Assembly (NCBI RefSeq): GCF_963921235.1
Contig: NC_086104.1
Location: 64,232,001 to 64,296,000, forward strand
Reading direction: 5' to 3'
Length of the DNA: 64,000 nucleotides
Source of the DNA: Mobula hypostoma
Lineage: Eukaryota
A program made the translations under genes and the position numbers. Every line of letters begins with the position of its first letter. Within the stretch, counting starts at the first letter, position 1. A model generated the notes under the pieces. The model searched no databases, was not told the DNA's origin, and was given only the letters and a program-made list of their open reading frames with translations. This document shows positions 39,835-53,110 of this stretch, piece by piece.

Positions 39835-40523
39835 GTAGTTAAGCTTCTTAGGAGTTTGCGAAAATTCAGCATGACATCTAGAACTTTGACAAATTTCTAT
39901 AGATATGTGTTGGAGAGTATATTGATTGGCTGAACAACCTGGCATGGATACACAAATGCCTTTGAACAGAACATCCTAGAAAAAGTAGAGGATGTGGTCC
40001 TGTCCATCATGGATCAAGCCCTCCCGACTATTGAGCACATCTATATGAAATGCTGTCACAGGCAAGAAACATCATCATCAGAGACCCTTCCCTCAACCCA
40101 GGACATGTTCTCTTCTTGCTGCTGCCATTAGCAAGAAGGTACAGGAGCTTCAGGACTCAACCGCCAGGTTCAGGAACAGTTATTATCCCTCAACCATCAG
40201 GCTCATGAACCAGAGGAGATAGCTTCACTTGCCCCATCACTGAACTATTCCCACAACAAATGGACTCACCTTCAAGGACTCTTTATCTCATGTTCTTGAT
40301 ACTTATTGCTTAATTATTTATTATTACTCTTATTATATCTTTTTGTATTTACACAGTTTGTTGCCTTATACGTAATTGCTGTCTGCCCTGTTGGTGCAGT
40401 CTTTCAATGATTCTATTATGGTTATTGGATGTATTGAGTATGCCAGCAAGAGAGTAAACCTCAGAGTTGTATACGGTGACATATACAGTATGTACTTTGA
40501 TGATAAATTTACTTTGAACCTTG
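39835..40523 (+). mobile_element. Rex1/Babar-like LINE 3' fragment
   Basis: aggagtttgcgaaaattc..ttctatagat..gagagtatattgattggctg; aataaatttactttgaac tail. Confidence 0.75.
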
Positions 40524-40629
40524 AATTATTAACAGAATATGTTTTTTTCAACATTTGAGATATATAGGATCAACACTGTTTATTGAATTTCAGATACTGA
40601 TTCTGCCATTCTCACCTATATTACAGAAG

Positions 40630-40980
40630 GCAGAGGAAGAACTTTGATACTTTTGCAAGACTCCCTTGCAAAAGAAGTGACAACTTCACCAATTCAAGGA
40701 AATCCCTGGTAAATGGCCAATCAAAATGGTGATAGTGCCTTTGAGCAGGCATAGAGAACTTCAAATGTCTTCAATAGAAGTTACATGGAAGCCCAGCAAA
40801 AAAAAAAGCAGAAGAAGTGCATCATCTCCCGTACTAACCACTGGTCTACCCCATCAAGCATTTATTGCTTCACCTGTGGCAGAGCAAGTAAGTCCCATAT
40901 AGCCATCAAAAGCAACCTTAAAACCACAGAAATGAAATGAAAGAATATTATCCTTGATCCAGAGTGACTGCTTAAGAACC
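40630..40980 (+). mobile_element. Old RTE 3' fragment
   Basis: Similar to 14700-14945; cttcacctgtggcagag..tcccatat zinc-finger remnant. Confidence 0.5.
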
Positions 40981-41719
40981 AGAAACTTCCTCTGTTTTTG
41001 TCTTTTGATATTTCACTAGTTCTATTTTTCAAGTTTTACCTACCACCACCATCACTTTTGTCATCTACTCTCTCCTCACTTCCACACAGTCACAGATCTT
41101 CCACTTTGCTCTTTCTTCCTTTCCCAATTTTCCTGTAAATTCAAAATTTTTCCAATTTTGGACTGAAATTTTAATTATTTCTTCTCTTTTCACAGATGTT
41201 GCTTTACCTTCTGAGGTAACCTTCACCAGTTTTGCTCTTATTTAATAAAGGTGTTTAACACCTTTATTGTCCACACAGTCTCTTAAATATTAAGCATTTA
41301 AACATTATCTGATCCATTTTCTCAGTACTTCTGAAACTCTTAACACTTAAATATGTTCCTTTACTGTTTTAGTTTATCGGTTAGGCACGATCCAACATCA
41401 GTTAACTTTTGTTAAATTTTTTCAAATGCTATATATACAAGTATTCTCAAATGATTTCACATGTAGTGGATTATCTGTGCTACATTGCCAAAATGGTGTC
41501 ACAAAAGCAAAAATCTCCATTATAGCTGTCATCTCTGTTCTCGCTTTATACTCTTTCAAAATAGAGAGAGAGTCTTATGGTGGCCTGCAATATATTCCCA
41601 CTATTAATACTCTCCCTTTTTTATGACCATTTCCTTCTTTTCAGGAAAATATAATCCTTCTTTATAATCAAGATTAGCCTGCACTTGCCAACACAGTAAA
41701 GCAGCAGACTTTACAGACC

Positions 41720-42220
41720 AGCATTACAGTTAGACAGGGTGGTGAAGATGGCATTTGTCACTCTGGCAATGGTCACCTTCCTCAGTCAGGGCACAGAACA
41801 CAGAAGCTGGTATGTTATGTTGTAGCTTTGCAAGATGTTAGTGAGGTTTTCGTCACCCTGCTGCAGGAGAGATGCCATTAAGCTGGAAGGACTGCAGAGG
41901 AGATTTAAGAATAGAGTGGAAGAGCGACGGAAAGGATGCAGTGCAGGTAAATGATACGGTGTGAGCCAGCAGTGAAGCAGGCTGTGAGGCCACGAGTAAC
42001 TACACTTCAAAAGAACTCCAGGTGCTGCAAAAATGCTGCAACGAACACTCAGCCCATATTTTTCTGCCCGGGTACAATGTAAAAGGCATTCGGGCCTTTT
42101 GATGGATAGGAAAGGTTTGGAAGGATATAAGCCAAATGCAGGCAGATCAGTACAGAATGGCACTTGGTCAGATGGATGATTTGGGCTGAAGGGCCTCTGT
42201 GCTGTTTAACTCTATGACTC
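41720..42220 (+). mobile_element. CR1 3' fragment with its middle replaced by unrelated DNA (about 41913-42068)
   Basis: gtggtgaagatggcatttg..tgcagaggagattta on the left; ggatataagccaaatgcaggcag..ctctatgactc tail on the right. Confidence 0.65.
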
Positions 42221-42314
42221 AGATCTCTGGAATGGGTCTTGAATGAAGTTTGAAAGCTACAGACCTACAACAAGTACATGAGGATGGGTCCTAGCTCCAA
42301 TCATCCCCCAGGCA

Positions 42315-43460
42315 CACAGAATCACAGAGTGGTCACAGCACAGAAGGAAGTCCTTCAGCTCATCAAGTCCATACTGGCTTAGTGCAAAAGGACTCCAGTT
42401 AATCCCATTCCCTGCTCTCAAAAAATTTTCCAAGTGCTCGTCAGGTTCCCTTCTAAACATCACAATTTTCACAAGTGAATCTATATTCCAGATTCTCACT
42501 GCCCATTGCACAAAATAAATGTTCTTATATCATTCTTGCCTTTTGCTGCCCATTTTTATTCTTTGTACCCTAGGTCCATAAGACCACAAGACATAGGAGC
42601 AGAATTAGGTCATTTGGCCCATCGAGTCTGCGCCGTCATTCAACCATGGCTGGTCCTTTTATCGCCTCCTCAGCCCCACAACACTAACCCTTCAACACTC
42701 TTTCCTATCCCCTTCAACAATGGGAGCAGACTCTCTTAATCTGTGCTATTTATACTCTTCATGATTTCAAATAACTCTCTCAGAAACTTTCTCTATTCCA
42801 GCTTCTCCAAGTCATCTACATGGTTAAAGTCACTAGTTCTTGGAATCATTTTTGTAAATCTCTTTTCCATTCTCTCTGAAACCATTTGGTCTTTTCTAAT
42901 GTGTTGTAGCAAGAACTGGAAGTAACACCCTCATTGTAACCATGAGAGTTTTTTTGTACAGGTTCATTATAACTTCCTTATTCTTGTACTCTGCTTTCAT
43001 TTATAAACTCTAGGATCTGTAATGTTTTAATCAACTTATCAACGTGCTGTTCCACTTTCATGGTACTATGCATATACTCCCAAATCTCCCCAATCTTGTA
43101 CTTAATTTAGATAGATAGATAGATAGATATACTTTATTGATCCCAAGGGAAATTGGGTTTCGTTACAGCTGCACCAACCAAGAATAGAGCATAAATATAG
43201 CAATACAAAACCCACAAACAATCAAACAACAAAATGCAAACTATGCCAGATGGAAAATAAGTCCAGGACCAGTCTATTGGCTCAGGGTGACTGACCCTCC
43301 ACGGGAGGAGCTGCACGTTCGATGGCCACAGGCAGGAACGACCTCCCGTGCTGCTGTATTTATTCTGGTAGATACTGTATTTAGATACATTATCTACCTT
43401 TTTAGAGGCAATATTTGCCTCTTCTAATTCTTCCAATCAAAATGTAACAGTTCACTCATT
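42315..43460 (-). mobile_element. Old CR1 fragment with a nested CR1 tail (about 42577-42685) and a Rex1-like tail (about 43109-43350) ending in (CTAT)n
   Basis: ccataagaccacaagacataggagcagaattagg; 43129-43175 is inverted-similar to 11781-11827; (agat)n at 43109-43127. Confidence 0.65.
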
Positions 43461-43954
43461 TGGTAATGAACTTTAGCTGCTATCTATTGTATCTGCCCAT
43501 TATACCAACCTCTCTCTATCTCCTTGAAGTGTTTTATTACCTTCACAACTATTATAGTACTGAAGGATGGTGGAAGAGTTCAAACACTTTGACTGCACTG
43601 AGGCACCAGGCATTTAATTACCTCATAAAAGTAGGAATAACCAAATTAAAATTTGAGCATGCCTTGGACCTTTTACATTCCCATACAAAAGTCGATACTT
43701 AAAAATGCGTACACATCATTCACTGTCCAATGTTTTAGGCAGTACTTCCCCTGCTAGTACATTAGCACCTACTGTCATTTCAGGTTTGGGCAGCACAGAA
43801 ACTGTCTCTTACACCAGATGCTGGGAGTACTAGATTCATACTTGGTTAGGTAACAGGGTTCTCTGGCAGCCGACTGGGAGAGTGGTCTTTCATACTCATT
43901 TGCTTTCTTCTGGCAATTGCAAAGTTCCTTTCAGCAACTCCTTTACTTCAAAGC

Positions 43955-44110
43955 AAAAATACAAAATGGAAAATACCCAGCAGATCAGGCAGCATATGTG
44001 GAGAAAGAATTAGAGATAACATTTCAATGTGATGACCTCTCAATTCTGACTACAGATCCTTGGCCTAAAATGTTAACTCTGTTTCCCCCTCCATAGATGC
44101 TGCCTAACAA
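43955..44110. mobile_element. Old miniature Penelope-derived fold-back remnant
   Basis: tcaggcagcatatgtggag..agagataacattt inverted to aaatgttaactct..ctccatagatgctgcct. Confidence 0.6.
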
Positions 44111-44329
44111 CACTGATATTCCACTTCATCAGTTGGCCTTATCCCAAATCTGCTCAAGAAACATGCAGTTATTCTTAACATGGACTAGTTAACAATGCTT
44201 TAACTTGTTTAACAACAATTCATGCAAATGTAAAATAACTGGATCATGTTCGAAACAATCTGGATCCCAAATGTCTTCTAATGATCATTCCTGATTACCT
44301 GTACATGTGCAGCCAGACAAGACAGTGTT

Positions 44330-44648
44330 AAAGCTTATATGAAACTAATAGCTCCAGCTATTGGGTTTGATCAACCTCTGGCACTGAACCTATGGAGTTT
44401 ACACATTCTTCCAGTGATTTGTATTAACTTTCTCAAGGTAGTATGGTTTCCTCCCAACATTCCTAAAATTGGTCACTGCAAATTGCCTCTTGTGATCAGA
44501 TGAGTAGAAGAATCTAGATGTTGATGGGAACATGGGGAGAATAAAATAGGTTAGGATAGAATTTCTGTAAAAACTTGAGTTTAATGGTTTATGCAGATTC
44601 TATGGGTCAAGGAGCCTGTTTTTTTTTGCTCTATCTATTTATGACTAA
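44330..44648 (+). mobile_element. Decayed V-SINE
   Basis: tatggagtttacacattct..ggtttcctcccaacattcc. Confidence 0.5.
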
Positions 44649-45569
44649 CCAATTGATCATGGCATAAATTTGATCTTAGTTTATCTCAGTGTTTAAAAAT
44701 ATTGTAGAAAATCTTCTGAACAGATGTTGACTCCTGCTGTATAAAACTAATTTGAGATCCTCAGTGTTTAACTGTTAACAATGCCCTTAATTTTATTGTT
44801 ATCTTTATTGCTATACTATTTCATGGTTGGTTCCTATAATGGATTGATTAATCTGATGCTTCGAGCTTTACACTGTTAATGTGGTACTAATGAGCTCTTT
44901 ATGATTGTGATCTCTCCAAGAATGTCTCTATTTTGAAACAATGTTGCATCCTTGGAAAATCAGACTAATGTGTCCAATTCAGATGAAGGAGCTTGGTTGC
45001 TTTGACAAGTCCCCAAAATTTACTTGGTGATTTCTGGCTTCCCAATTCTTTCCAAACAGTAATCACAGATTTGATGTGAACAACAGTGTACTAATGTATG
45101 TATAATTTTTTTTTCATCTAGCACACATCTATCATATTTGAAATGAAACAGAAATCATCCTTTGTGAGGGAAACAAAACAGTTTGCATTAAATTAAACTG
45201 AGCTGGAGCATAAATTTCGCACTTTTCACGTTGCAGTGTCATTGTTAAACTACTTGATTTGAGGCTGTTTATGATTAACAGCAACTTGACACTATGGTTT
45301 TAGTTACAAAGCACTAGACAAATACATTGGCTATCTCAGTGATAGCACTGTTTATTTCAACATTATTCAACTGAACATTAATTTATATCTGTTCTGGAGT
45401 GAAGTACAATAATGACTTTTTCCAGCTTGTCAGCATCATATAAAAAAATGTGACCAGGTACTGGCAACTTGAGAGGGGAACCAACAAAGACAAACAGGCT
45501 AGTGAAATGAGACGATGGGTGGTGGAAGAAATTGAATGCTGAATGTTACATCTTATTAGGAAGAATAAG

Positions 45570-48500
45570 AAGTCACAATACAAACCACAGGACACAGTCC
45601 AAAAGAAGAAAAAAAGGGATGGGGGGAAAATGTAAATAGTCTTTTGGATGAGACATTGTCAATTCTGGGCTATGGAAGAAACCACAGGACCTTGTGGATT
45701 TGTATAAAACAGTGGTTGAGTCATAGTCAGATGTTGTGTCCATTTCTGGATACAGCTTAAAATGGAAGGATGGGTAAGGCTTACTAAAATGCTTCCATGG
45801 ATGAGAGACTTTGGTACTTAGGATACACTGGAGAAGATGAAGTTGTTCTTCTTGGAAGAGAAGAGAATAAAGATTATTGGCAAAAGAACCAAGAGTCACC
45901 AGCTTGTGCTGGAAAACACAGAACACTGGATGAGTCTTTATTGATAGTGGTAGGCACAATCTATATGAGACGTTTTTGATAGCTTTCTCCACTATGAATA
46001 GTCCCACATAGTGTGGTGCCAACTTGTGACTCTCAGCTTTTAAAGGAGGATCTTTAGACACCAGCCAGACTTTCTCCCCTGGCCTAAGAGACCTCACCTA
46101 TCAGTGGAGCTGATCAGCCTGCCGGGCATATTGTTTCTGAGTGCACAGCAGAGACGCCCTGGCTCATCTCCACGTGCACTTGTAGCATTGGACCAACTGT
46201 TCAGCAGCAGGAATCCCAAAGTCAACCTCTTGGTCAGGGAAATGCAGTGGCTGGAATCCCTTCTGGCATTCAAAGGAGGAGAATGAGTGGAGATTGTTGT
46301 GGGAAATCTCTGCCCAAACCATTTGGGAGCTCCAGGTCATGGGGTTGGAAGAGACAAGGCAGCAGAGGGTTGTCTCCATCTCCTGATTCACACTCAGTCC
46401 TCAGTCTGGCTGCTAGATTTGGGGTGAAACCAGATGACAGACTGGCTGTGGCTTGAAAAATAAAGCAGAAAGCACTCCAAAAATATGACATGAACTGTGC
46501 TCCTCAATCAGACACTAGATATCGAGGGAAGTCGTGCAGCCTGAGCACATGCTGAACCATGAGGGTGGCAGTCTCATGAGCCAATGGGAGCTGTGGAGAG
46601 CAATGAAGTGGCAGCCTGGAGAAATGGTCAACAACCACCGGAATGGTAATGTTTCCATCAGGCAGGGGCCAGCCAGTGATGAAATCACTAAGAAGTTAGA
46701 CCAGGGATGGTGAAGCACAGGCAGTGGGTAGAGCGGGTCCACAAGCCACTGATGTATTATCTTGTTCTAGGCACAAGTACGATGAGCTGAGATGAAGTTG
46801 TGGACATCCTGGGACATAGTCGCTCACCAAAATCATCTCTTTATAAATTCCACGGTCCATTGAATTCCCAGATGACCAACTAGATGGGAAGAATGACCCC
46901 ACTCCAACACTCTGGGGTGCACAATGGCAGGGAAAAACAGCTGGTTGGGAGAGCCCCCCCCCCCCCGCCCCACTTGCACCTGGTTCCGACAGTTGAATAG
47001 CCCTCACCTCTGCCTCTATTCCTCAAATCACTGGAGCAGCAATGCAAGAGCAAGGAAGGATGGGATCTAGACTGGCATTGTCCTCAAAGATGCCAAACTG
47101 GTGGGAGAGAGCATCGGCTTTGGTACTCTTGCTGCAAGAATGCTGAATGGTAGGTGAGGGTGAAACTAAACTGAGTGAAGAAGAGGGCTCAGTGGGCTTG
47201 GTGGGATTTGAGACTCCCAAATGTAGGAGAGGTTTTTGTGATCTGTCCATACCAGAAAGGGATGCTCTGCCCTCTCCAGCCAGTGTCACCACGCTTCCAG
47301 GGCCTCCATGACAGCCAGAAGTTCTCAGTTCCTGACATCATAGTTCCACTCGGCTAGAGTCAAGTGATGGGAAGGAGAAGAACAGGGGTGCAGCTGATTA
47401 TGCACAGAAGAGCACTGGGCAAGTACAGCTGCAATGTCGATGCCTGACAATGACAATGGCAAACCTTGACAATGAGTGACGTGATGGGTTTGAACGTTGC
47501 AGCACTGGGTAAATGGTGAAGTGTCACTTTAATTCTGAGAATGTTTGGTCTGCTTCATTTGCCCACAGGAATTCTGCAGGGGTCTTCTTAGTGAGTGCTT
47601 TTATTGGGGCCACGATGGAACTGAAGTTTCCGAAGAAGCGGCGATAAATGTTTGCAAATCCCATGAAACACTTCACAAGTTTGATTGTAGATGGTTTGGG
47701 CCACTTTGTGACTACCTGAAGTTGACATGGGTCCATCTGAACACTGGAAGGGGTGAGAATATAGCCTAATAACGTCATCTGCTCTTCGTGAAATGCATAC
47801 TTCTCTGGCTTGGCATAGAGGTTGTTCTCGAGGAGCCAACTGAGAACCCTCGAGACAGGCTGGACGTGTTCTTCGCAAAAGCAGGAATAAATAAGAATGT
47901 CGTCCAAATACACAAAAACAAACTGATTCAACATGTCCTGGAGCACATCATTTACCAGGGCCTGAAAAATAGGCAGGGCGTTGGCCAGACCAAATGGTAA
48001 TCATAGTTGCCAGTGGAGGTATTGAATATTAGTTTTCCCTTCTCAGATACAAACTGTGCAGATCTATCTTGGAGAATATGGTTGCTCCTTGGAGATGCTG
48101 AAACACAGAGGCAAGCAGGGGAAGAGGGTGGTTGGCCTCTTCACTATGATATTGTTGAGGGGCCGATAATTAATGCAGGGATGGAGCTTGCTGTTCTTCT
48201 TGCTCACAAAAAAGAAGCCTGCTCCTGCCGGTGATAAATTCTAAATCCGATGCCTCCTTGATGTACTCTTCAATGGCCATCGTTTCTGGATGAGAGAACG
48301 AAAAGAGCCGGCCCCCGGGAGAACCAGTACTGAGTAAGAGGTGACTGTCATAATTGTATGGCTGGTGTGAAGGCAGGGAGGTACCTTCTACGCACTGAAG
48401 ACCTCAAGAAGGTCATGATATTTAGCCAGAATGCCAGGTCCACAGTAGCGGTTCACACCAAAGTGGATATGCTGACAATGGTTTGAGCTGGTCTCAGACA

Positions 48501-49628
48501 GGTAGAAGACATGCCAGCCCCCACTCTTGGAGTGCCTTTAGGGACCAATCCATCCACTGGTTATGTCGAGATAGCCAGGGAGGGCTAAGCACCAGTGACA
48601 GCTCAGGTGAATCCACAAGATGGAAGGAAAGCTGTTCCCTATGGTTGTCTTCTAGCTCAAGTGGAGGGGTTCTCTTGAAAGCTGGATCTTGCCAGTGCCC
48701 AGGGGCCAACCACCCAGTGCCTTGGTGTTGATATTCTGTCTCAGTTGCTGAGTTGGAACTCTCCACCTTCCCAAGAGTCAGTAAATGCCTGAAGCCCATG
48801 GGTCAGAGACCCCACGACAAGGAAGCTGGGAGCATTGCATGATTAGGGGACGCTGCTTGCGGGAAGAATTGACCCATTAGAATTCCCCACTTGCTGAAAG
48901 GGTACTTGGGACATGCTGCCCAGAAGTGTCCTTGGGTTGTCACAGAGGAGACAGGAACCTGTTCTCCTGCACTGATTTCAGTCCTCCTGAAATAAGTGCA
49001 TCATCATTGAACTGTCCTGGCTGGGCTTGGAAAGTTAGCTCACATTGTGTAATAAAATTCCTGCAGCCCTCAGGGTCACCAGGGTATCTGCCTGGTGGAG
49101 GAATACTCAGTTTTGGTCTGGATGCTGTCAATGGAGTCAAGGTATTAGATCCCGAGGCTGGTGAGGCCGTTAAAGAGGAGGATGTGTGAAATGCTGGAAG
49201 TGGGACTGAACTGGAGGAATTCTGCTGAACTGCGGCAGCGAGAGTGCTAATGGCTGCGACCTGAATCTGACTGTTGGTAGTTAGCTGCTGAACGACAGCC
49301 TTGAGAGCAGTAATTGCTGCCACCTGTCTGTGGTGAGCTGCTGAACTCTCACTGCGAGGGCTGATACCTGTTCTTCCTGCTTACACTGGGCATGCCGCTC
49401 TGAAAATAGCCGTCACACTGCATGAGTCACTTCTGCAAATGTAACCTCCACTGACTGTAACTTCTCCCATCTCTGACCAACCAACATCAGGGCCATGGTC
49501 AGCTGTTCTCTCTCTGCTGGGTCCATCTTCTTTGCTGCCGAGTTATGCTTACAAGGTGCAGTTAAGACGCAAGTGCAGAGAGATAGACACCGAAGCAGAT
49601 GAACAGTTCACTGACTTTTAATCAAAAC
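45570..49628 (-). mobile_element. Ty3/gypsy LTR retrotransposon (sushi-like), internally deleted and degenerate
   Basis: gag start MDPAEREQL near 49526; PPGRYPGDPEGCRNFITQCELTF; RT FVFVYLDDILIYS; integrase NQEMETTL..WAEISHN and KLAPHYVGLF; 5' LTR end with ATTAAA at about 49548-49628. Confidence 0.9.
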
Positions 49629-49639
49629 TGCCTTTTTGA

Positions 49640-51515
49640 AGGAGGTTCTGCAACAATTATACCAGTGCCTAAGAAGAATAATGTGAGCTGCCTTCAGGAC
49701 TATCGCCTGGTAGCACTCACATCGACAGTGATGAAATGCTTTGAGAGGTTGATCATGACTAGACTGAACTCCTGCCTCAGCAAGGACCTGAACCTATTGC
49801 AATTTGCTTACTGCCACAATAGGTCAACAGCAGACGCAATATCAATGACTCTTCACATTGCCTTAGACCACCTGGACAATACAAACACCTATGTCAGGAT
49901 GCTGTTCATCGACTATAGCTCAGCATTTAACACCATCACTCCCACAATCCTGATTGAGAAGTTACAGAATCTGGGCCTCTGTACCTACCTCTGCAATTGG
50001 ATCCTCGACTTCCTAACCGGAAGACCACCATCTGTGCAGATTGGCGATAATATCTCCTCCACACTGACAATCAACACTGGTGCACCTCAGGGGTGTGTGC
50101 TTAGCCCACAGCTCTACTGTCAAAATACACATGACTGTGTAGCTAGGCATAGTTCAAGTACCATCCATAAAGTTGCTGATGATACAATCATTGTTGGTAG
50201 AATCTCAGATGGTGATGAGAGGGCGTACTGGAGCAAGATATGCCAACTAGTGGAGTAGTGCCGCAGCAACAACCTGGCACTCAACATCAATAAGAAGAAA
50301 GAGGTGACTGTGAACTTCAGGAAGTGTAAGACGAAGGAACACATACTAATCCTCATAGGGGGATCGGAAGTGGAGAGTGAGCAGTTTTAAGTTCCTGGGT
50401 GTCAAGACCTCTGAGGATCTACCCTGGTCCCAACATATCGATACAGCTATAAAGGAGGCAATACAGTGATTATACTTCATTAGGAGTTTGAAGAGATTTG
50501 GTATCAGTACTTCCAGTTGAACTGTCTTTTTGTGTGTTTCCCCCTAGTCGTCAGTCTGTGGTTTTGTATTGCCATGTGCTCCTGTCCCCACTCCTGCTCT
50601 ACTCCGGCCCCTGTATTACTGTGTACTCCGTCTCTCATCTGTTTCTCATTATTACCTGTTTTGCTGCCACCTGTGTCTCATTGTGCTCCACCTATCATCT
50701 GCCTCTCTGTTTATTGCTCAGTGTATTTCAGTCCTGTGTTTTCACCTGTTTGTTGTCAGGTTGTCGCAGTGAATTTGCTGAGCCTTTCTAGCATTGTATC
50801 TGTACTCTGTCCATCTGAATATTGACTGTGTGTTTTCTGATTCTGGTTTTTGGATTTTGCTGGATGTTTTGATCTCTCCCTGAACTTTGACACTGACTTT
50901 GTTTGCACGTTGGGATTTGTTACTCAATTAATATCGCTGTGTGCACAGTACTGGGTCTGTGATTGGATCCCTGCCCCAGCGGCCTGACAATTTGGTATGC
51001 CAACAAAATCTTCTATAGATGAACCGTGGAGAGCACTCTGACAGGCTGCATCACTGTCTGGCATGGGGGGTGGGCTACTGCACAGGACCAAAAGAAGCTG
51101 CAGAGGGTTGTAAATTTAGTCAGCTCTATCTTGGGTACTAGCCTACAAAGTATCCAGGACAGCTTCGAGGAATGGTGTCTCAGAAAGGCAGTGTCCATTA
51201 TTAAGGACGCCCAGCACTCAGGGCATGCTTTTCTCACTGTTACCATCAGGTAGGAGGTACAGAAGCCTGAAGGCACACACTCAGTTATACAGGAATAGCT
51301 TCTTCCCCTCTGCCATCTGATTCCTAAATGTTCATTGAAGCCATCAACACTACCTCACTTTTTAAACATTTATTTCTCTTGCACAATTTTTTAATCTATT
51401 CAAAATACATAGTGTAATTGATTCATTGTTTTCTTCTATATCATGTATTGCATTGAACTGCTGCTGCTAAGTTAAAAAATTTGGCACATGCTGGTGATAA
51501 TAAATCTGATTCTGA
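49640..51515 (+). mobile_element. 5'-truncated Rex1/Babar-like LINE, same family as 5867-8580, interrupted by a solo LTR
   Basis: ORF 49599..50258 is near-identical to ORF 6540..7322; ORF 51026..51253; taataaatctgattctga tail. Confidence 0.92.
50502..50989 (+). mobile_element. Solo LTR (488 bp)
   Basis: Termini tatcag...ctgaca (TGTCAG inverted repeat, one mismatch); ATTTGG direct repeat at 50496-50501 and 50990-50995; the LINE is continuous once it is removed. Confidence 0.85.
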
Positions 51516-52081
51516 ATTAAAGCAAAAACAATAAACACTAGGTCAACAGGGCCATTCAATAAAACACTCAATCTGAAAGCTAATGTTGGTACCATGGTTC
51601 ATAAGCAGTAACTTAACAATAAAGAAGTACTGCTTCTTTCCAGTGTCAATCTTAATGGTAGTCTTCTTTCCCAGAACAAGGACAAGGGTAAGCAGGGAGT
51701 GGTGACATTGCTGTGCTTTCAGTCAAGCCTCAACAAGACTGAAATGAGAGGAAAGGAGTTAAATAGCACTACATGAAAACACTAATTGGCTGGAATGTGC
51801 ATTCTCAGAAGCACAATTGTCAACCATGTTCTGCAGCCCACAAGTATGGGTGCCCAGATCCTGCAGCAGTGTCCCTGATTGTGACACCCATGCCAAAATA
51901 AGAAGCAAAAAGACTCATTCTTTTAAGTAAATTTAGTAATAAAGAAATTTTATGCTCCTTACTATTAAATTCATGTACTAGGCTCAACCTGCAGAATTCC
52001 ACCAAGAGGACTTGTACATAATTCAGTTTTAAAAAAAAAGATCAGTTTCTAAACAGTGAATGTCATAGATAGGCATTGATG

Positions 52082-52340
52082 TGGGCACTCTCAAGCTGAT
52101 TGTAGAAGCTTTTGGTCTCACTCTCAGGTGCTACACAGCCATATATTTCACTTCTGGATGAGCTTTCTTACCTCTCAGGTACATATCAATGCCCCAACAT
52201 TTTTCCAAAGAATAGGAGAATTCTTCTAAGTTCCCAGGAACAGTTTATTCATAAACCACCAAGACTTAAATAGCATGACCATTGTTTTGAGGGACGTACT
52301 GTGTTTAAGATGACTACAGTACTTCTTCCACAGCAATACT
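52082..52340 (+). mobile_element. Possible ancient Deu-domain SINE remnant
   Basis: ctctcaggt..aagaataggagaattct..tttattc..attgttttgagggacgtactgtg..acttcaaaa resembles the SacSINE1/AmnSINE1 body as recalled. Confidence 0.4.
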
Positions 52341-52362
52341 TCAAAACTTCTCTTTGGTTTTA

Positions 52363-53110
52363 GCATAGAACATAGAACCAGACAAGAGTGTTGTACAGGA
52401 ACAGGCCCTTTGGCTCATGCTGATCAGGTTGCCAAATTAAACCTATCTGCCCGCACGTGATCCACATCTCTCCATTCCACGCATGTTCCTGTGCCTGTCT
52501 GAATGCCTCTTCAATGCCACTATCAATTCTGCTTCTGGTGGAGCAATCCAGCACTTAACTCGCTGTGTAAAAAATCTTAACTGGCACATTTCCTTTAAAC
52601 TTTCCCCTTCTTTTCTTAAAGCTGTCTCCTCCGGTATTTGACATTACTACTCTGGGAAAAAGACTCTATTTACCCCATGGATACCTCTCCTAATTTTATG
52701 AGCCTTTCTGGGTTGTACCTCAGCCTCCAAAAAAACAATCCAAGTTCATTCAACCTATCCTTATATTCACTCATCCAAGCAGCATCCTGGTGAACGTCTT
52801 TTGTATCCTCTCCAAAGCCTCTATACCTTTTCTGTAACGAGATGACTGGAATTACACTCTGTACTCCAAATTTATACAACAACAGCATGACTTCCTGGCT
52901 GTTAGATTGAAAGCCCCATCCAATGAAGGGATGATTGTCTTCTTTACTGCCCTAATCATGTGTTGCTACTTTCAGGGAACAGGGAACCAGGACCCCAGGA
53001 TCCTCCTGTACATCAAATCTTCCTAAAGGTCCAGCATTTAATGCATTCTCTCCCTCCCTCCACCCCCTTATATTTGTCCTCCCAAAGGGCAACACCTTTT
53101 GAAAATATCT
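52363..53110 (-). mobile_element. CR1 3' fragment
   Basis: MLLLYK.. and YKDRLNELGLF peptides; catagaacatagaac tail. Confidence 0.78.

Noticed and set aside
50498-50927. Cys-rich ORFs in several frames
   Set aside because: They arise from the TG/CT-rich composition of the solo LTR.
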